This document shows positions 1-12,940 of a DNA stretch of 64,000 nt, one piece after another (the first letter of the stretch is position 1; each line of letters opens with the position of its first letter). The translations under genes were made by a program, and so were the position numbers. A model generated the notes under the pieces. That model worked only from the letters and a program-made list of their open reading frames with translations. It was not told the DNA's origin and made no database searches. Source of the stretch: Macrostomum lignano (Eukaryota); the NCBI GenBank assembly GCA_002269645.1, contig NIVC01002406.1, positions 62,001 to 126,000 of the forward strand. Reading direction: 5' to 3'.

Positions 1-3000
1 AGTGCGGTAAGCCGAACCATTTTGAAAAGCAGTGCAGATCCAAAGTCGGAAGTCAACACCACGTAGCGAAGACTGAAGATGTGCTGACGGCAGATGTCCT
101 GGCGATTGCGAACACCCTCTCAACCAGAGGAGGATCCTGTCCAACCATTCAGCTGCCGTGCTCCGTCAAGGGTAAAAGCAGGCAGATTCAGTGTCAACTC
201 GATAGGGGGGCCACTGTATATGTCATGTCGAGCAGCTTGTGGAGAAGTTTGGGTAAGCCGCGGCTGCAACCCAGTGAAGCTGTACTGATTGGCTACACGG
301 ACGACCATAAGTTCGACCTTCTAGGCCAACTCGAGCTACAAGCTGTCTGGAACGGTGGTCTGATTCAAGTCACGTTCTATGTTGTGGCATCCAACAGAAG
401 CTTCGCCTTATTGGGGCAAGATATAGTGCACATTGACCTGGAGGCAATATCGATTGGGCACTCACATGTGCTGGATTCCGGATAGGAGATGCCCGAGATC
501 GACGCTCAGACCAGGTTCAAGGCGCATCTACAGCTCAAGGATGACGCCACACCGAGGTACATGAAAGCACGCTCAGTTCTGTTTGATTTAAAGGACAAGC
601 TTCGATCAGAACTTGATGAGCTTCTGAGGGACGGAATAATTGAACCCGTGAAGTTCTCTAACTGGGCGTCTCCTATTGTACTCATCCAGAAGTCAGATGG
701 CGGTATTCGATTGTGCGTAGACTACAAGCAAACAGTAAACCCTCAGCTTGTGAACGACAGTTACCCATCGCCAACCCCAGAGGAGGCTTTTTCAACTGTC
801 ACCGGTTGTCATTTCTACTCTATTTTGGACCTGAAGAAGGCGTACCATCAAATAGAGCTGGATGAAACATCAAAGGAGTTGACAGTGATGGCCACCCCAT
901 TCGGGAATTTTCGCTTCAATTGGTTAGTCTTTAGCATCAAAACAGCGCCATCAATTTTCCAGCGGTTTATCTCTGAGGTGATTCTAGGCATCCTGGGGGC
1001 CGTGGCGTATGTCGACGATATCCTGATTGGCGGCCGAACGAAGCAAGAGCTCAATCAATGAGAGTCGGCAGTCAGAAAGCAGCTGGCATGCTACAAGCTC
1101 AAGATCAACGAGTCTAAATGCCAGTTGGTGAAGAACCGCGTCCACTTTCTCGCCTTCATCTTAGAATCTGGCATAATAAAGCCAAGTGAGGAGAAAGTTC
1201 AAGCCATCCGGGAGATGACAGCTCCGAAAAGCATTGCCAAACTGGAATCATTTCTAGGAATGATAAACTTCTCCGGTCGATTCATTAGAAATCTGGCTGA
1301 ACTGATCGAGCCTTTATCAAGGCTGAGGCGGAAGGATAGCGAGTTCGTGTGGACTAATGCAGAAGAATCTGCCTTCCAAAGGATCAAGGTGGCCCTGACT
1401 GAAGAGACCATGCTGGCGACCTATGACCCAAGTAAGCAGCTTGAACTTGAGTGTGATGCTTCACAAGTTGCAATCGGAGCAGTTCTAAGTCAAGAAGGCA
1501 TGCCAATAATATTCGTCAGCAAGGTTCTGTCACCAGCAGAAAAGAAGTATTCGCAGATTGAGCGAGAGGCTCTGGCTATTGTGTGGGCGGTCCGTCGTTG
1601 TCACCGGTTTCTATTCGGACGCGAGTTTTTGCTGGTGACGGATCAAAGGCCACTTACCTTCATCTTTGGCCACGACAGCCAGCTACCAGAGCGTGTGTCG
1701 GCGCGTCTTCAGAGGTAGGCAATCACGCTCTCTGGATACAGTTACACTATCACGTACAGAAGATCAGCCGAGATGAAGTCCGACGCACTATCGAGATTGG
1801 TTAAGCCGACGAGCACAGCGACCACTTACCATGTCAGACACGCCCCTGTCTGCGAAGGAACTTTGCTGAGTCTACAGGAGTTAAGGTGTCACAGCCGAAA
1901 GTGTCAAGAACTAACGAAACTAGTTGACGCTATCCAGACAGGACGTTTCCATACAGATGAGGTCAGAGCATACAAACCTTTAGCTAGTGAACTTTCTACC
2001 CAGGATGGCTTAGTAATTCGAGGAAACAAGCTAGTTGTCCCCGTGACGCTGAGGAGTAGAGCGGTCTCTGCAGCACACAGTGTGCACCTCGGCATTGCAC
2101 GAACCAAGTCATTGCTTTGGGAGAGCTACTGGTGGCCAGGCATGGACAAAATGGTGGAACTGCAGGTCGGGAGCTGCAGTGTTTGTAGAATGGCCAAGCC
2201 TCAGAACAGAAATTTCAGGACCTCGTGGCCCGAACCGGAAGGACCATGGACGAGAGTGCATATGGATTTCGCAGGACCTATAGAAGGAAGTTATCTTCTT
2301 ATACTGGTGGATGCTTACTCGGGCTATCCGGAGGTACACCTGACAAAAGACATGCTATCATCAACAGTTGTGAGTAGGCTGCGATGAACGTTCTCTCAAC
2401 TAGGGGTACCAAATCAGCTGGTGTCAGACAACAGCCCAAGCTTCGTCAGTGATGAGACCCGTCAATGGCTGACAAAGGTCGGTGGCAACTTGATCACAAC
2501 GCCGGCGTACCACCCTCAAAGTAATGGTTTGGCGGAACGTTTCGTGCAGACAATTAAGGAGGCCATCAAAGCAAACGGACTCAGTCAAGCAGTTATCGAT
2601 TGCTACCTGTTGTTCTATTGAGCATCTGGTGGGAAGAGCAGAGCATCACCCGCAGAACTGCTGTTCGGCAGAAAGATCCGAGCACCACTGCTTTCCAATA
2701 GGCCAACCTGGGCACCTAGCGAGCATCTAATCTACAAAGCCAGCCAACGGGCTCAAGAAGCTTCACTAGTTTGCCCAATGGGTTCAAACATGGCCACTAT
2801 CAAGGTGGGGCACGATCTGTACAAGAAGGCCCACCTGGATCAACTCCAGAGGCATAGTCCCATGCAAGTCGATAGTGAAGCAGCAGAGATCAACACCGAG
2901 GCTGACGCAGACCAAGCCGCCGGGGCGCGAGCATTGGACAGCAGTCAGAACGTTGGCAGAAGCTCCTGTGTCATTTCTGAAGACTTACAACTGCTACCAC

Positions 3001-3205
3001 CACCCACCGAGGACTCCGGAACACAGCCCTCACAGCAGCATCAACAGCTGCTAACGCCTGGTTAGCTGGAACTGACGCCTGAGGAGTTGGGCCCCAGGAG
3101 AAGTCGCCGTCTGTGTGGGAAGTCCCGCGTCAACTACAAGGAGTGAACTTGCAAGTACATCTGAACTGTTAGAGTGTGCAAGTTCATTTTGTAAAAGAAG
3201 GGAGG
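1..3205 (+). mobile_element. Ty3/Gypsy LTR retrotransposon, internal region (end of gag, pol, PPT), degenerate; runs off the window start
   Basis: Domain order is CCHC knuckle tail (CGKPNHFEKQC at 3-35), protease, RT (YVDD), RNase H (CDAS), integrase (HHCC, DFAGP, SDN, SNGLAER), which is the Gypsy order. PPT aaaagaagggagg at 3193-3205 is followed by TGTTG, the probable 3' LTR start; the LTR end could not be defined. Confidence 0.93.
3..3146 (+). pseudogene. Single-frame gag-pol reading frame broken by six in-frame stops
   Basis: ORF pieces 81, 489, 1125, 1773, 2421 and 2778 all lie in the same frame. Premature stops at 483, 1059, 1716, 2385, 2619 and 3063; natural end PRRSRRLCGKSRVNYKE* at 3146. 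The protease site reads LDRGA instead of D-T/S-G. Confidence 0.88.
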
Positions 3206-3439
3206 TGTTGCATACTAGCCTTAAATATAAGGGAAAGTTTTATTTATTATTATTGCTACATACGAATAGCCATGTCGAGCCATAGACTCTAATGAAAAGC
3301 TATGGCTACAGGTCGTGAAGCAATCCAAGTTGATGAGCTTGGGGATAATAAAACGAGAAAGATCAAAGCTGATCATATTTAAGACGAGCCAGACTTGCAT
3401 ACCATTGCTACAATCATCGTGTGTGGCTTCTTCAAGACA

Positions 3440-3690
3440 TAACAGAGAGCAGAGAGAAGAGAGGAGAGAGAGAGGGGGAGGAGAGAAAGAACAGAAAGAA
3501 ATGAAAAAAGATGAAAAAAGAGAAATGAGATATAAGAGAGCAAAGACAAAAAGAAGGGAAGTGAGAGAAAAGACAATACAAGAGATGAGAGAAGAGAAAG
3601 AAGAGATGAGAGATGAGAGAGAAGACAGGAAACAAAAAAAGAAGATGGAAATTTCAAAGGATGCAAAGGACATAGGAAGAGGCAGAGATA
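3440..3690. repeat. GA-rich low-complexity tract
   Basis: Runs of gaga/gaaa seen directly; they account for the spurious E/R/K-rich and L/S/F-rich ORFs. Confidence 0.85.
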
Positions 3691-6019
3691 GAGGCCAGAG
3701 TTTGCCTGACATTCTGCATAGCATCCCAGCCAATAATATCAATGCTTGCTGCTTCAAATCCTAATTTTACACGAATGTATACTCTATTTTATGTTTAATT
3801 CCATCTTAACTATTAACAAGTTTTTGTTTGAGTTTGACCTTAGATGTTAGAATACATGCAAAAATAATTATGGGGAATGGAGTTCCCGGGTTTAAAATCT
3901 GCAGGTTTCAACAGCTTGTATTATATAAAAAGCAAAGCTGCTACTCACAACAAAATTATTTTAGTGCAAGGTAAAAAAATTGCACAAATAAAAACCTAAG
4001 CTGATTGTTATTAGTAAATGAAGAAACAAATAAATAAATTCAATCTAGTGTCCTTTTTTCTTGTCATCATTTTTTCTTTTTTTGTTGTGAGTTTTTTCAA
4101 AACTTTTAATGGCTATAAAGCAATCAGATATAGCCATAACTGACAAATGAAGTATTAATATAAAGTCAAAAATATAATTATTTAAAGCAGAATTGAACAT
4201 TTTTATATTATTAGGCCTACCAGATTGTCAACAATCCAAAAAACTTAGATTTACATAGAAACTTAGGTTCTTGCATATTATTTGTGCATTTGCATAAAAA
4301 ATTCAAATTTACATAGGCCTAGCTACACAAAATTTGCATAGATATATAATAGCAACATTGATAAAAAGAATCATAATCATACATAATAACATATACACTA
4401 TACCATTAGTTTTGGAATCCCTTTGTGCAACTCTGTCTCTAATATGCTTTTTACTGATTTAATTTTTTTTAGCTTGCTTAGGCATTAGGCTAGGTCTATA
4501 AAACTCAAAAATTGCCAACTTCACAAAAATTTTTTTGACAAATTGTTCTAGCTAGGCCTAGGCGTTGAGTTTCCTAGAAACATTAAGTGCCCTAGGCTAG
4601 GGCTAGGCCCAATCAAATTCATTGAACCATATTTTACTAAATGACCTTCAAATAAATCATCTTGGTGGCTATTAGAAGAAAAATGATGTCTAGTACAACT
4701 TAACTACCCATTGTAGCAACTTTAATGAGAATAATCCATGGTTGGGACAACTTTGGTAATTGGGCCTATTGCTGCAGCTAGGCTAGGCCTACAGGATTGA
4801 TTGAATAAACAAGCCCTGCAAAATGCAGACCCATTTGTTAAATTATTTTTTTATTGTTTAGGTGATTCAGTGATTCTTGCGTTCCAGGACATTTCGTCAT
4901 CCGTCATTTCGTCAACTGTATTTTGTCAACAATTGAGACATTACGCCTTACGGCAACCGGACATTTTGTTTAAGCCAAAATTATTCGTCTGTCATGTCGG
5001 CCGTTAACATTAACATATTTAGATTTTAGTTTGCATTTTTAGGTTTTTAAGGCCTTTAGGAGATCAAAAATATCAGCTATACAAACATTATAAAATTAAA
5101 CAAAGGAACAGAGCAACTTTGTTATGTTAAGCAATAGGGCAAACAAAAACCGTCACGGCTTTTACAAAGTTACAGCAGTAATTCACGGGTTTACGTAACC
5201 TTGCACTTCACCGAAAAGCTATGAGGCCTTTTCACTTCGAAAGCAGCTAGAAATTTTAGGACATGGTGGTCATTTGGTCATATGAGGCAAAAAAACTTGC
5301 TAAATACGAGGTGTGTCTCAAAAAAGTGGGAAAATTGATACCTCAGACTTGAGTTAAACTTTTGATGCTATACAGGCACAGGGGTAAAGCTCCGGTATTC
5401 AAAAAATAGCAACCTAGCAAAATCATGCAGAATTTAATGCAAAATGCCGTGACTTTAACAGTTCCTTCATCTTCTAAGTTTTAAGTTTTTTTAAAGCTTT
5501 TTCTTAAACTTTTTTCCGGTTTTTTTTTTAGAATGCCGGACTTCGGTAACGGAAGTTACTTTTTGATAAGTCCTGTCCTCTGGTACTTAAACATGAAATT
5601 TTAGGTGCCAAACAGTCAATTTAGCACTAAATAACAACTCCTTTGCAAGTTTTCTAACAGCATAACTAGCAGTACTCCAGGACGCTATACACTCGTGATT
5701 CGTGGAACATCTTTTGAAGGCCGATTTCTTCATTTCGATGTTCGTGTGCAGGACGACAAGAGTGATGCATTCTAAGAAGGTTTTGAGTTTTAACTCCTTT
5801 GAGGCTAATTTTCGTTGTCTAATTGCAGCGCAAAGACACTATAATCAAGTTATTTTAAAGTCTTGCGCATTGGTCCATCTATCAAATTCCAGCCATAATT
5901 TAGTTGCCCGGTATCTTTTTTGTTAAGTGATAACTGGTATTTCTAATTGGCTCCCAGAATATTATTGTTGATTCTAAATGAGTCAGCAATACAAAAGTAT
6001 AATTACACTACTGTAAAAG

Positions 6020-7054
6020 CAAGGACTTCTAGACTAACAGGACGTAAAACTCAAAGATCGTGCAATTTTTTGGAGGCCACGATTTCCTGGAATAAATACA
6101 CTGCGAAGATAGGAAAAAATCTGTTTTTCGTCACAAAATCTGTGATTGTATTTGATCTGGGGCAGTGAAGACTACCATTCTTTTAATTTAACATGCACAA
6201 CATGTTACTCTATTATATTTTCATATAGCTGTGTAGTGAAGTTTTCATTTTCATATTGTTTTCACTTTATTTCATAAGCCCAAAGTTGCAAACTCACAAG
6301 TGGCATTAGCCAAACTTTTTGTGTTGTTCTTTTTAAAATAAAGTATAAAAACATTGCAAGTAGGTACTCTTAGTCTTAAGCCATTATTGTAGGTTTAGTA
6401 ACTATACTAATTCTTAGGCCTACTAGAACTAGACCTATCACTACACTATCTAGCCTAATAAGTAATTAAATTTAGACAATGATTTTTTTATTATATATAG
6501 ATTACCAATACATAGTTTCATATGGTTGGTTACCTAGGCTTGAGAAAGCTGTATTATCAGTTTTTAAGCCAAGCCTATATTTAAGACTAAGATTTAAGAA
6601 GAATAGACTTAATCACAAAAATAGGCCCTAACCATTTTTACTAGGTATCTATAAGAAAAAGCATTGATTAGTATTTTTATAATTTTTATTTTAAAGGCTA
6701 AAAATATTATTATATTACAAATTTGAATAGCTTTTCTTTTCTTGAATTTGATATTTGGCTAGGCCTAATGCCACTTGTGAGTTTGCAACTTTGGGCTTAT
6801 GAAATAAAGTGAAAACAATATGAAAATTAAAACTTCATTACATAGCTATATGAAAATATAATAGAGTAACATGTTGTGCATGTTAAATTAAAAGAATGGT
6901 AGTCTTCACTGCCCCAGATCAAATACAATCACAGATTTTGTGACGAAAAACAGATTTTTTCCTATCTTCGCAGTGTATTTTTTCCAGGAAATCGTGGCCT
7001 CCAAAAAATTGCACGATCTTTGAGTTTTACGTCCTGTTAGTCTAGAAGTCCTTG
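6020..7054. mobile_element. Non-autonomous DNA transposon with 290-bp TIRs and 8-bp TSD, P-element-like termini
   Basis: 6020-6309 and 6765-7054 are near-perfect reverse complements. Termini are CAAGG...CCTTG. tgtaaaag is duplicated at 6012-6019 and 7055-7062. The P-superfamily call rests on the termini and TSD length. Confidence 0.88.
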
Positions 7055-8967
7055 TGTAAAAGTACAATACTATACAAGCACAATACTATATTATATAAAG
7101 GGCGACAAGAGAATGGCCCACACAAACTGAGTCGCCTGAAGTATTCTACACTGATCATTGTGACGCATATTGGACAAAAATTATCTCCATACATATTTCT
7201 GAAGAGTCAGAATCAATATTTGAAAATCAGCCTCCAAATTTTTTATGCGAATCGTCCTGGTGTACAGTGAATTTTTGTTTTGTAAAGGTGTTTTTATTCA
7301 CTCAAATTTTGACGCGATAATAACAAAAAAAACATTATGTAGCATCTTTATTTGAGAAATAACATCATGTTTAACTCCAGACCAACACATGTTTTTGTTT
7401 TTTCACGAAGACATGTTTAAGTACTTTTTAATTGGCAGTTCTTTAAAATTAGAAAGGACCGGTAACGGAAGTACCGGAAGTTACTTTTCTTTAAAAGTAC
7501 CGGTACCGAAACAAGTGCCAGAAGTTACTTTCCTTGGAACCGGAAGTTACTTAACTGGAAGTTACTTTTTCAGAGTAACTTGCCCAACACTGAATGGGTG
7601 GCGTACGTGTTTCATCGCGTCGAAAAGACGATAATGCTGAGTTCGGTATTTCTCCTGATTTGATTTTGTTTAGATTGATTGATTGTACTCATGATTGATG
7701 TTTAGTGTTTCATCAAAAGAAAGTACAAACGCCAGTGCTCGTCTACTCTCAGTGTGTAGAAAGGGTATGTGAACTTAATTACATGTACATGTACTGTATA
7801 TGTAAGAGTCAAAATGGAGCCTGAAGCATTGGATCCTGATTTCTCTACGCCAATCCCTTCATTTGGAGCCAAATAGCTCCCGTTTTGCCGAAAACCCGAC
7901 CACTTTAGCATTTGGGGATCGCTATGTCTATGGGGAGAAATGGTATAGTACGAGTATGAAATGCATAGAATACCGTCATATTTGCGAAGGGCGGCTGCCT
8001 AAAACCATATTTGTTCTATGTAGGCCTAGCAGTATAATTTTCGTTCCCACGCGTATGCTCGTGTTGAAAATAGGGAGAGACAGTGCAGTGGAGGCGCTCG
8101 CTTCACTTTTCTCTCGCCCGCCTCTGCGCGGGCCCAAATTAGGATGCATGGCCATTGCCTCTCGGCTGGGCTGTAGAATGCAGCAGTCTGGGCCCAGAAA
8201 AACCGTGCTTCGAGTTCAATTCTTTGTTATCCGACGCGAGCAGAAGGTGCAGGCAGGACCCAAAATCCTACTTGTTACAAATTAGATAAATGGGGATTTC
8301 ATGTGAACTTAAGGCTCTAGAAAGAGCCTGAAGCATTGTGAATCCCGATTTCTCTACGCCAATCCCTACATTTATCCCAGAGTTCAGTCATGGAAGCAGA
8401 TTTTGTACAACCCTGCTTCTGTTTCTTCTGCTTCTGTCTTCTGGTGCTTATATCTGTTCTTCTCTGTTCTTCTGCTGCTTCTGCTTTTCTGATGCTTCTG
8501 TTCTTTGTCTCTGCTGTTGCAAAAGTTCTGTCTAATAATTGGTTGAGCTACTTATAGTGTCATGGGTTTGCCTTGGTGGTGTAACTCTACCTCTTAACCC
8601 TTGATATTTTGAAGGAAATAACATTTTGTCAAAATTCAAACATCAAAATTCAAAAATCAAAAATAAATTTGTTTCGTAGTCAGCCCGAGGATCAATTTTC
8701 CCACTATTTTTGTGACACCCTACTTGTGTCAAAAAATGCACCTACTTGTACTCGTATAAATTCCATGCTTTTGTATATGGTAAAGATTATGTCATAATCC
8801 CAAGTGGCAAAAGTTTGCTAGAATCTAGTTCGAAGTTTCGAAGTAGAATTTATTGATAGGTCGAAATTTGGGCCGTCCATACTATAGCTTTCCAGTGAGG
8901 TGAAAATGTGAAAAAAAGCCTATGAACGACTAGCTTTCCAGTCAGGTGCACGTAAACCCGCGAATTA

Positions 8968-9971
8968 GAACAATAAGAACAACAACAAAATACGTGACCC
9001 CACATGCAAAGTCACAGTTAGAGCAGGGCACGTCAGATGGCGCGCCGCAGAGCCTGGGAGCGAACGAAGTCCGCTCCGTTGGCAGTGTCGGGCGCCCCAG
9101 CGTCGCACAGCAGGCAGTCCACGTATCGACGGGATCGGGCCTGATCCCTCCTGAACGGGCCCTGCAAGGTGAACAGCATGATGTCCTGAACAGGTTTGAG
9201 GCAGTAGCCCTCGGCCCGGATCACGTGGCCCGCCAGTTGAAGTCGCCGCCGCCGCAGGATGATGGACGGGCGCTGCAGCTTGGCCCGATCGTACAGGGCC
9301 TCGGTCCCGACGCTCTCGTCAGCTCGAAAGGCCGCACGGAGCAGCCCTGAGTGCGCCGAGTCCAGCTGCCGCTCCAGCATAGCCGTCAGCGTCCACGTCT
9401 CGGCGTTGTATAGCAGGACGGTTTCGACCACCGCCTGCACGCCACAGCCGAGCCCTCTGGCGGTCGGGCAGCGCATCGGAATGGAGGACGGCTTGGATCG
9501 AGCGAAAGGCCGCCCAGGCAAGTCCTCTGGTCTGGGGCACCAGACCGCCGAGGTAGGTGAACCGCTGGCAGCGTGCGAGCCTGGTCGTCGTGTGCCCGTC
9601 TGCGCCGCGGCACGTCAGGTCCGCTGGGATGTCGGCCGGCACAGACAGCACCTCGGTCTGAAGCGTGTTGACAACCAAACCGACACTCGATGCTACCTCG
9701 ACCAGCCTGTCGATCTGGCGCTGGGCGCCTTCAAGGGACGAGGACAGGAGGACGAGCTGTCGTCGGCGTAGCAAGTACGCTCAGGCGCTTTTCGCCATGG
9801 CGGCGACCGATGCGTCTGCGCAGCAGGAAGCTGTCATTAGCCGAGTGGAGTGCGGTCCGAAGCACCCAGTCCAGCAGCAGCACGAAGAGGAACGGCGTTA
9901 GCGTGTCGCCCTGCAGAACTCTTGATGAAGTATCGAACAGGTCAGACAGGCCGTCCGCCGTCACCACAGCA
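8968..9971 (-). mobile_element. 5'-truncated RTE-like non-LTR retrotransposon (C-terminal RT region), frameshifted
   Basis: Minus-strand pieces VLQGDTLTPFLF, FTYLGG, VETVLLYNAETWTLT and RRLQLAGHVIR. (TTG)n-like tail near 8968-8990. Possible TSD gcgaatta at 8960-8967 and 9972-9979. Confidence 0.85.
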
Positions 9972-11224
9972 GCGAATTACTAACTCTGTGAAAGACGTAA
10001 CTGTTGTTGCTATGCTGCTTAGAAAAACCAAGTTGATCTGTTCTTCTATTCTAATGCTTTAATGTTTGTTTAGTAAGCTTTTTTCAACTCGAGCGCTAAG
10101 CATCACCTAAGCAATGAGAAAATAATTTAACAAACGATATTCTGCAGCTAGGATAGCCGCCTGCGCTTAAAGGCGTAAAAATTGCTAACTTGCAGAATGA
10201 AATACAAAATTCCACCAATAACATGCGCGGTGAGTGCGATTAAAGCCTGCGCAACGTGACGGTCAGGTGGTAGTGAGTGTGTGGGGTTTGCGATCCAGTT
10301 GTCAATATTCAAGACTTAAAAGTTGCTGACAGTAGCGGATTTAAGGAGAGGCGCACTGGGCCCCCGTTCAAAATTTTCTGGATCCGCACCAAGGTTTGCT
10401 GTTCAGATCGTTCTCCATCTCGTCAAGGATGACGAAATCATCAGTTTAGCATTATTAAAAAATATGAAGTGGCCAGCAGGTATTTTCTAGCTGGATACTC
10501 ATAATAATTTGCCATCATCCAATCGGTGTAACGGTGGATGACAAGGCTTTCTAACGTGGATAACTACGAGCGTATATGCACTTCAAAACCAAAACCGCGC
10601 AAATGTACAATTGTTGGAGACTGCTAAAACTTGAAACCAAAGCTAGCTGCCTTCTGTAAGGGGCCTACTGGAAACCATGCAGCTATTAGGGTGGCGCCAC
10701 AGATGCTATGAAAGGGATGACAAATCGGCTAGCAGAAGGCGCCATCTATTTTTGTCAGACTCTTCATTGCACGGTGTGGGTAACGTGGCTAACCCAAATA
10801 GCCCCCCATGGCTTCGCCACACTGCAGAGCCAAATGCAGCGGTGGCCGCCATACATGTAACATTAGTATTGCGTGTTTCGAGTTCTGTCAAGTTAACCAG
10901 GTTGCTAACGACAGCTATAGCAACATCCACGACGAACCTGCCGGATTCGAGCTACCTTGCCACGTCGGCGTCGGCAGTTGGGAGCAGCAATTAGAGAAGT
11001 TGGTATCAACTTTGTTGCAGCAGAGCTATTAGGCCATATGAATAAAATGAGCAACTGCTCCAACTCAAGCATTTACTCGGGCCTGTATGAGATTTTTCTC
11101 AACAGAATTTGCTCCGATTTCAGAGCAAATACTCTGAGATTGAGCAATTACTCAGGTCAATAAGAATAAAACTACTACCATAGACTAATTTTCTGAGTAA
11201 TTGCTCAGAAGCCTCCTGGCAGAC

Positions 11225-11482
11225 TCAAGAACGAGTCGCAGTGTAAAAAGCAGATAAATCGTCAAAGCTAAACTCCTGAAAGCTAAAGCTAATGTTCGAA
11301 AGTCTCTTGTTGATCTTCTTGCAGGTTAGATTTACTCCATTATCCTCCAGGTCCTTTTGTATAGAGCTGAATGCTGCGTTCTTCTTCTCCATTGTGCCGG
11401 GCGTCTTGCTTTTGTCGAGGACGACGGGGTAGCGAGAGACAACTTTTACGAACAACTCGTCTTTGGCGTCACTTCCGTCCAT
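11225..11482 (-). CDS. Myb/SANT-like DNA-binding domain ORF (Harbinger-associated type); possibly a first exon or a fragment
   Basis: ELFVKVVSRYPVVLDKSKTPGTMEKKNAAFSSIQKDL...TCKKINKRLSNI matches the Myb/SANT-like/MADF pattern. Good start context ccacgATGG. Confidence 0.6.
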   Translation of the reverse strand: MDGSDAKDELFVKVVSRYPVVLDKSKTPGTMEKKNAAFSSIQKDLEDNGVNLTCKKINKRLSNISFSFQEFSFDDLSAFYTATRS

Positions 11483-11619
11483 CGTGGCCCAAAGAAGTCG
11501 TACGACTGGAAGTCTCCGTAAGGAACAAAAAATCTAGATGTTTGCTTCTGAACTTAAGCTTAGCGCATGTAACCTCAGTAGAATGCATGAGGGGGCTTCT
11601 GGGACAAAATTTTTCACAT

Positions 11620-11810
11620 CCTCCATAATCCACCTAAATCCATCCATATTATCCCCGACAGAATCAGAAAAAAGGGGGGTCGCCCTTGCTCCGAAAACTT
11701 CGAATATAATCCCCCTAAATCCATCCATATTATCTCCGACAGAATCAGAGCTTAACAGATGTCCTACTCGCTCACAAAACGTCATCCATAATCCCCCAAA
11801 ATCCATCTAT
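11620..11810. repeat. Imperfect direct repeats of about 82 bp at the left edge of the Maverick
   Basis: taatcc.cctaaatccatccatattat..ccgacagaatcaga occurs near 11626 and 11708, with a partial third copy. Confidence 0.75.
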
Positions 11811-11999
11811 ATTATCAGAGCATAACAAGTGTCCTACATAATCCATTGAAATCCACCCATAGCATCTTCGAAACAATCAGAAAAAATCTGCATTCTTCTC
11901 CCCACATTCAATTCGCAATGCGAAACCAGATCCCAAAGACTTTAAATCATCAGCGCAGGGTGCTCATCTTCCGAAAAAAAATCTAAATTTTCTCTAAAA

Positions 12000-12242
12000 A
12001 TGTTTCCAGCTGTCTCTCCAGGTTCTTATTACAAAGCGCACGAGCCTAATTACAAGAGTAAGTACCGATGCAAACTTGAATGCAGCGAATACATGAGAAA
12101 ATATTGGCCCGGCATTGATATCAATGTCCCTAATATTAATCTAGCTCTCCAAAGACACTGGTTTCATAAGTATGGAGTAACCTACGTAAAAGATTACGAC
12201 AGCTATTATAACTTTGCAGAAATCATTAAGCAATTGCGTTAA
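12000..12242 (+). CDS. Hypothetical 80-aa protein in the Maverick left arm
   Basis: Clean ORF with the same AAAAATG start context as the other Maverick genes; no recognisable domain. Confidence 0.45.
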   Translation: MFPAVSPGSYYKAHEPNYKSKYRCKLECSEYMRKYWPGIDINVPNINLALQRHWFHKYGVTYVKDYDSYYNFAEIIKQLR

Positions 12243-12498
12243 AAAACATACTGAGTTCATTTATTCGCAAGTATATTTACAAAAACAGGAGGAAATAAGG
12301 AGGAAAGAGTAGACACTGAGTGTGCAGGGCTATCCGGCTGAGAATTTTCTTCCGCGACGTGCAAGCTAGTTGCAAGGCTGGAAATGAATGAAGGTAGAGA
12401 AAGAACAAGATATTGTAGATCCTCGCACAATCCAAAATCGATATTCTTCGGATCCAGAATAATATTGATTTTCCTCCCGGTCATTTTGTGAACAGCAC

Positions 12499-12940
12499 TT
12501 TCCTGTATTGTCAGGAATTCTTGTATTGTCAGGAATTCCTGTATTGTCAGGAATTGGCACGAGTTTAAAAAAAATCCTGGAGATCCAGGAAAGTGTTTAG
12601 AAGACTACTATGAGTAGCTTACATTGATAAAATCCTGGAAAAAATCCAGTAAGAGACTTTCCTGTATTGTCAGGAATTCCTGTATTGTCAGGAATTGGCA
12701 CAAGTTTAAAAAAATCCTGGAGATCCAGGAAAGTGTTTAGAAGACTACTATGAGTAGCTTACATTGATAAAATCCTGGAAAAATCCAGTAAAAGACTTTC
12801 CTGTATTGTCAGGAATTCCTGTATTGTCAGGAATTGGCACGAGTTTAAAAAAATCCTGGAAAAAAAATCTTGGAGATCCAGGAAAGTGTTTAGAAGACTA
12901 CTATGAGTAGCTTACATTAATAAAATCCTGGAAAAAATTT
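12499..12940. repeat. Three tandem units of about 139 bp, each built from 18-bp cctgtattgtcaggaatt sub-repeats and small hairpins
   Basis: Unit contains cctgtattgtcagg, tcctggagatccagga and ctactatgagtag; copies seen directly. Confidence 0.9.

Noticed and set aside
3221-3764. 149-178 aa ORFs on both strands
   Set aside because: Products of a GA/CT low-complexity tract; no domain.
5370-7592. Larger hAT-like element (cccaacactg end, ggaagttac repeats) enclosing the P-like MITE
   Set aside because: Only a right-end-like motif was found; no matching left TIR or TSD.
7810-8380. About 45-bp direct repeats around a 140-aa ORF, as a mini-LTR element
   Set aside because: No TG...CA termini, PBS, PPT or TSD, and the ORF has no recognisable motif.
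11480-11620. Exact Maverick left terminus and TSD
   Set aside because: No AGT/AG-type terminal repeat with a matching right end; the right arm is missing, so the boundary stays approximate.
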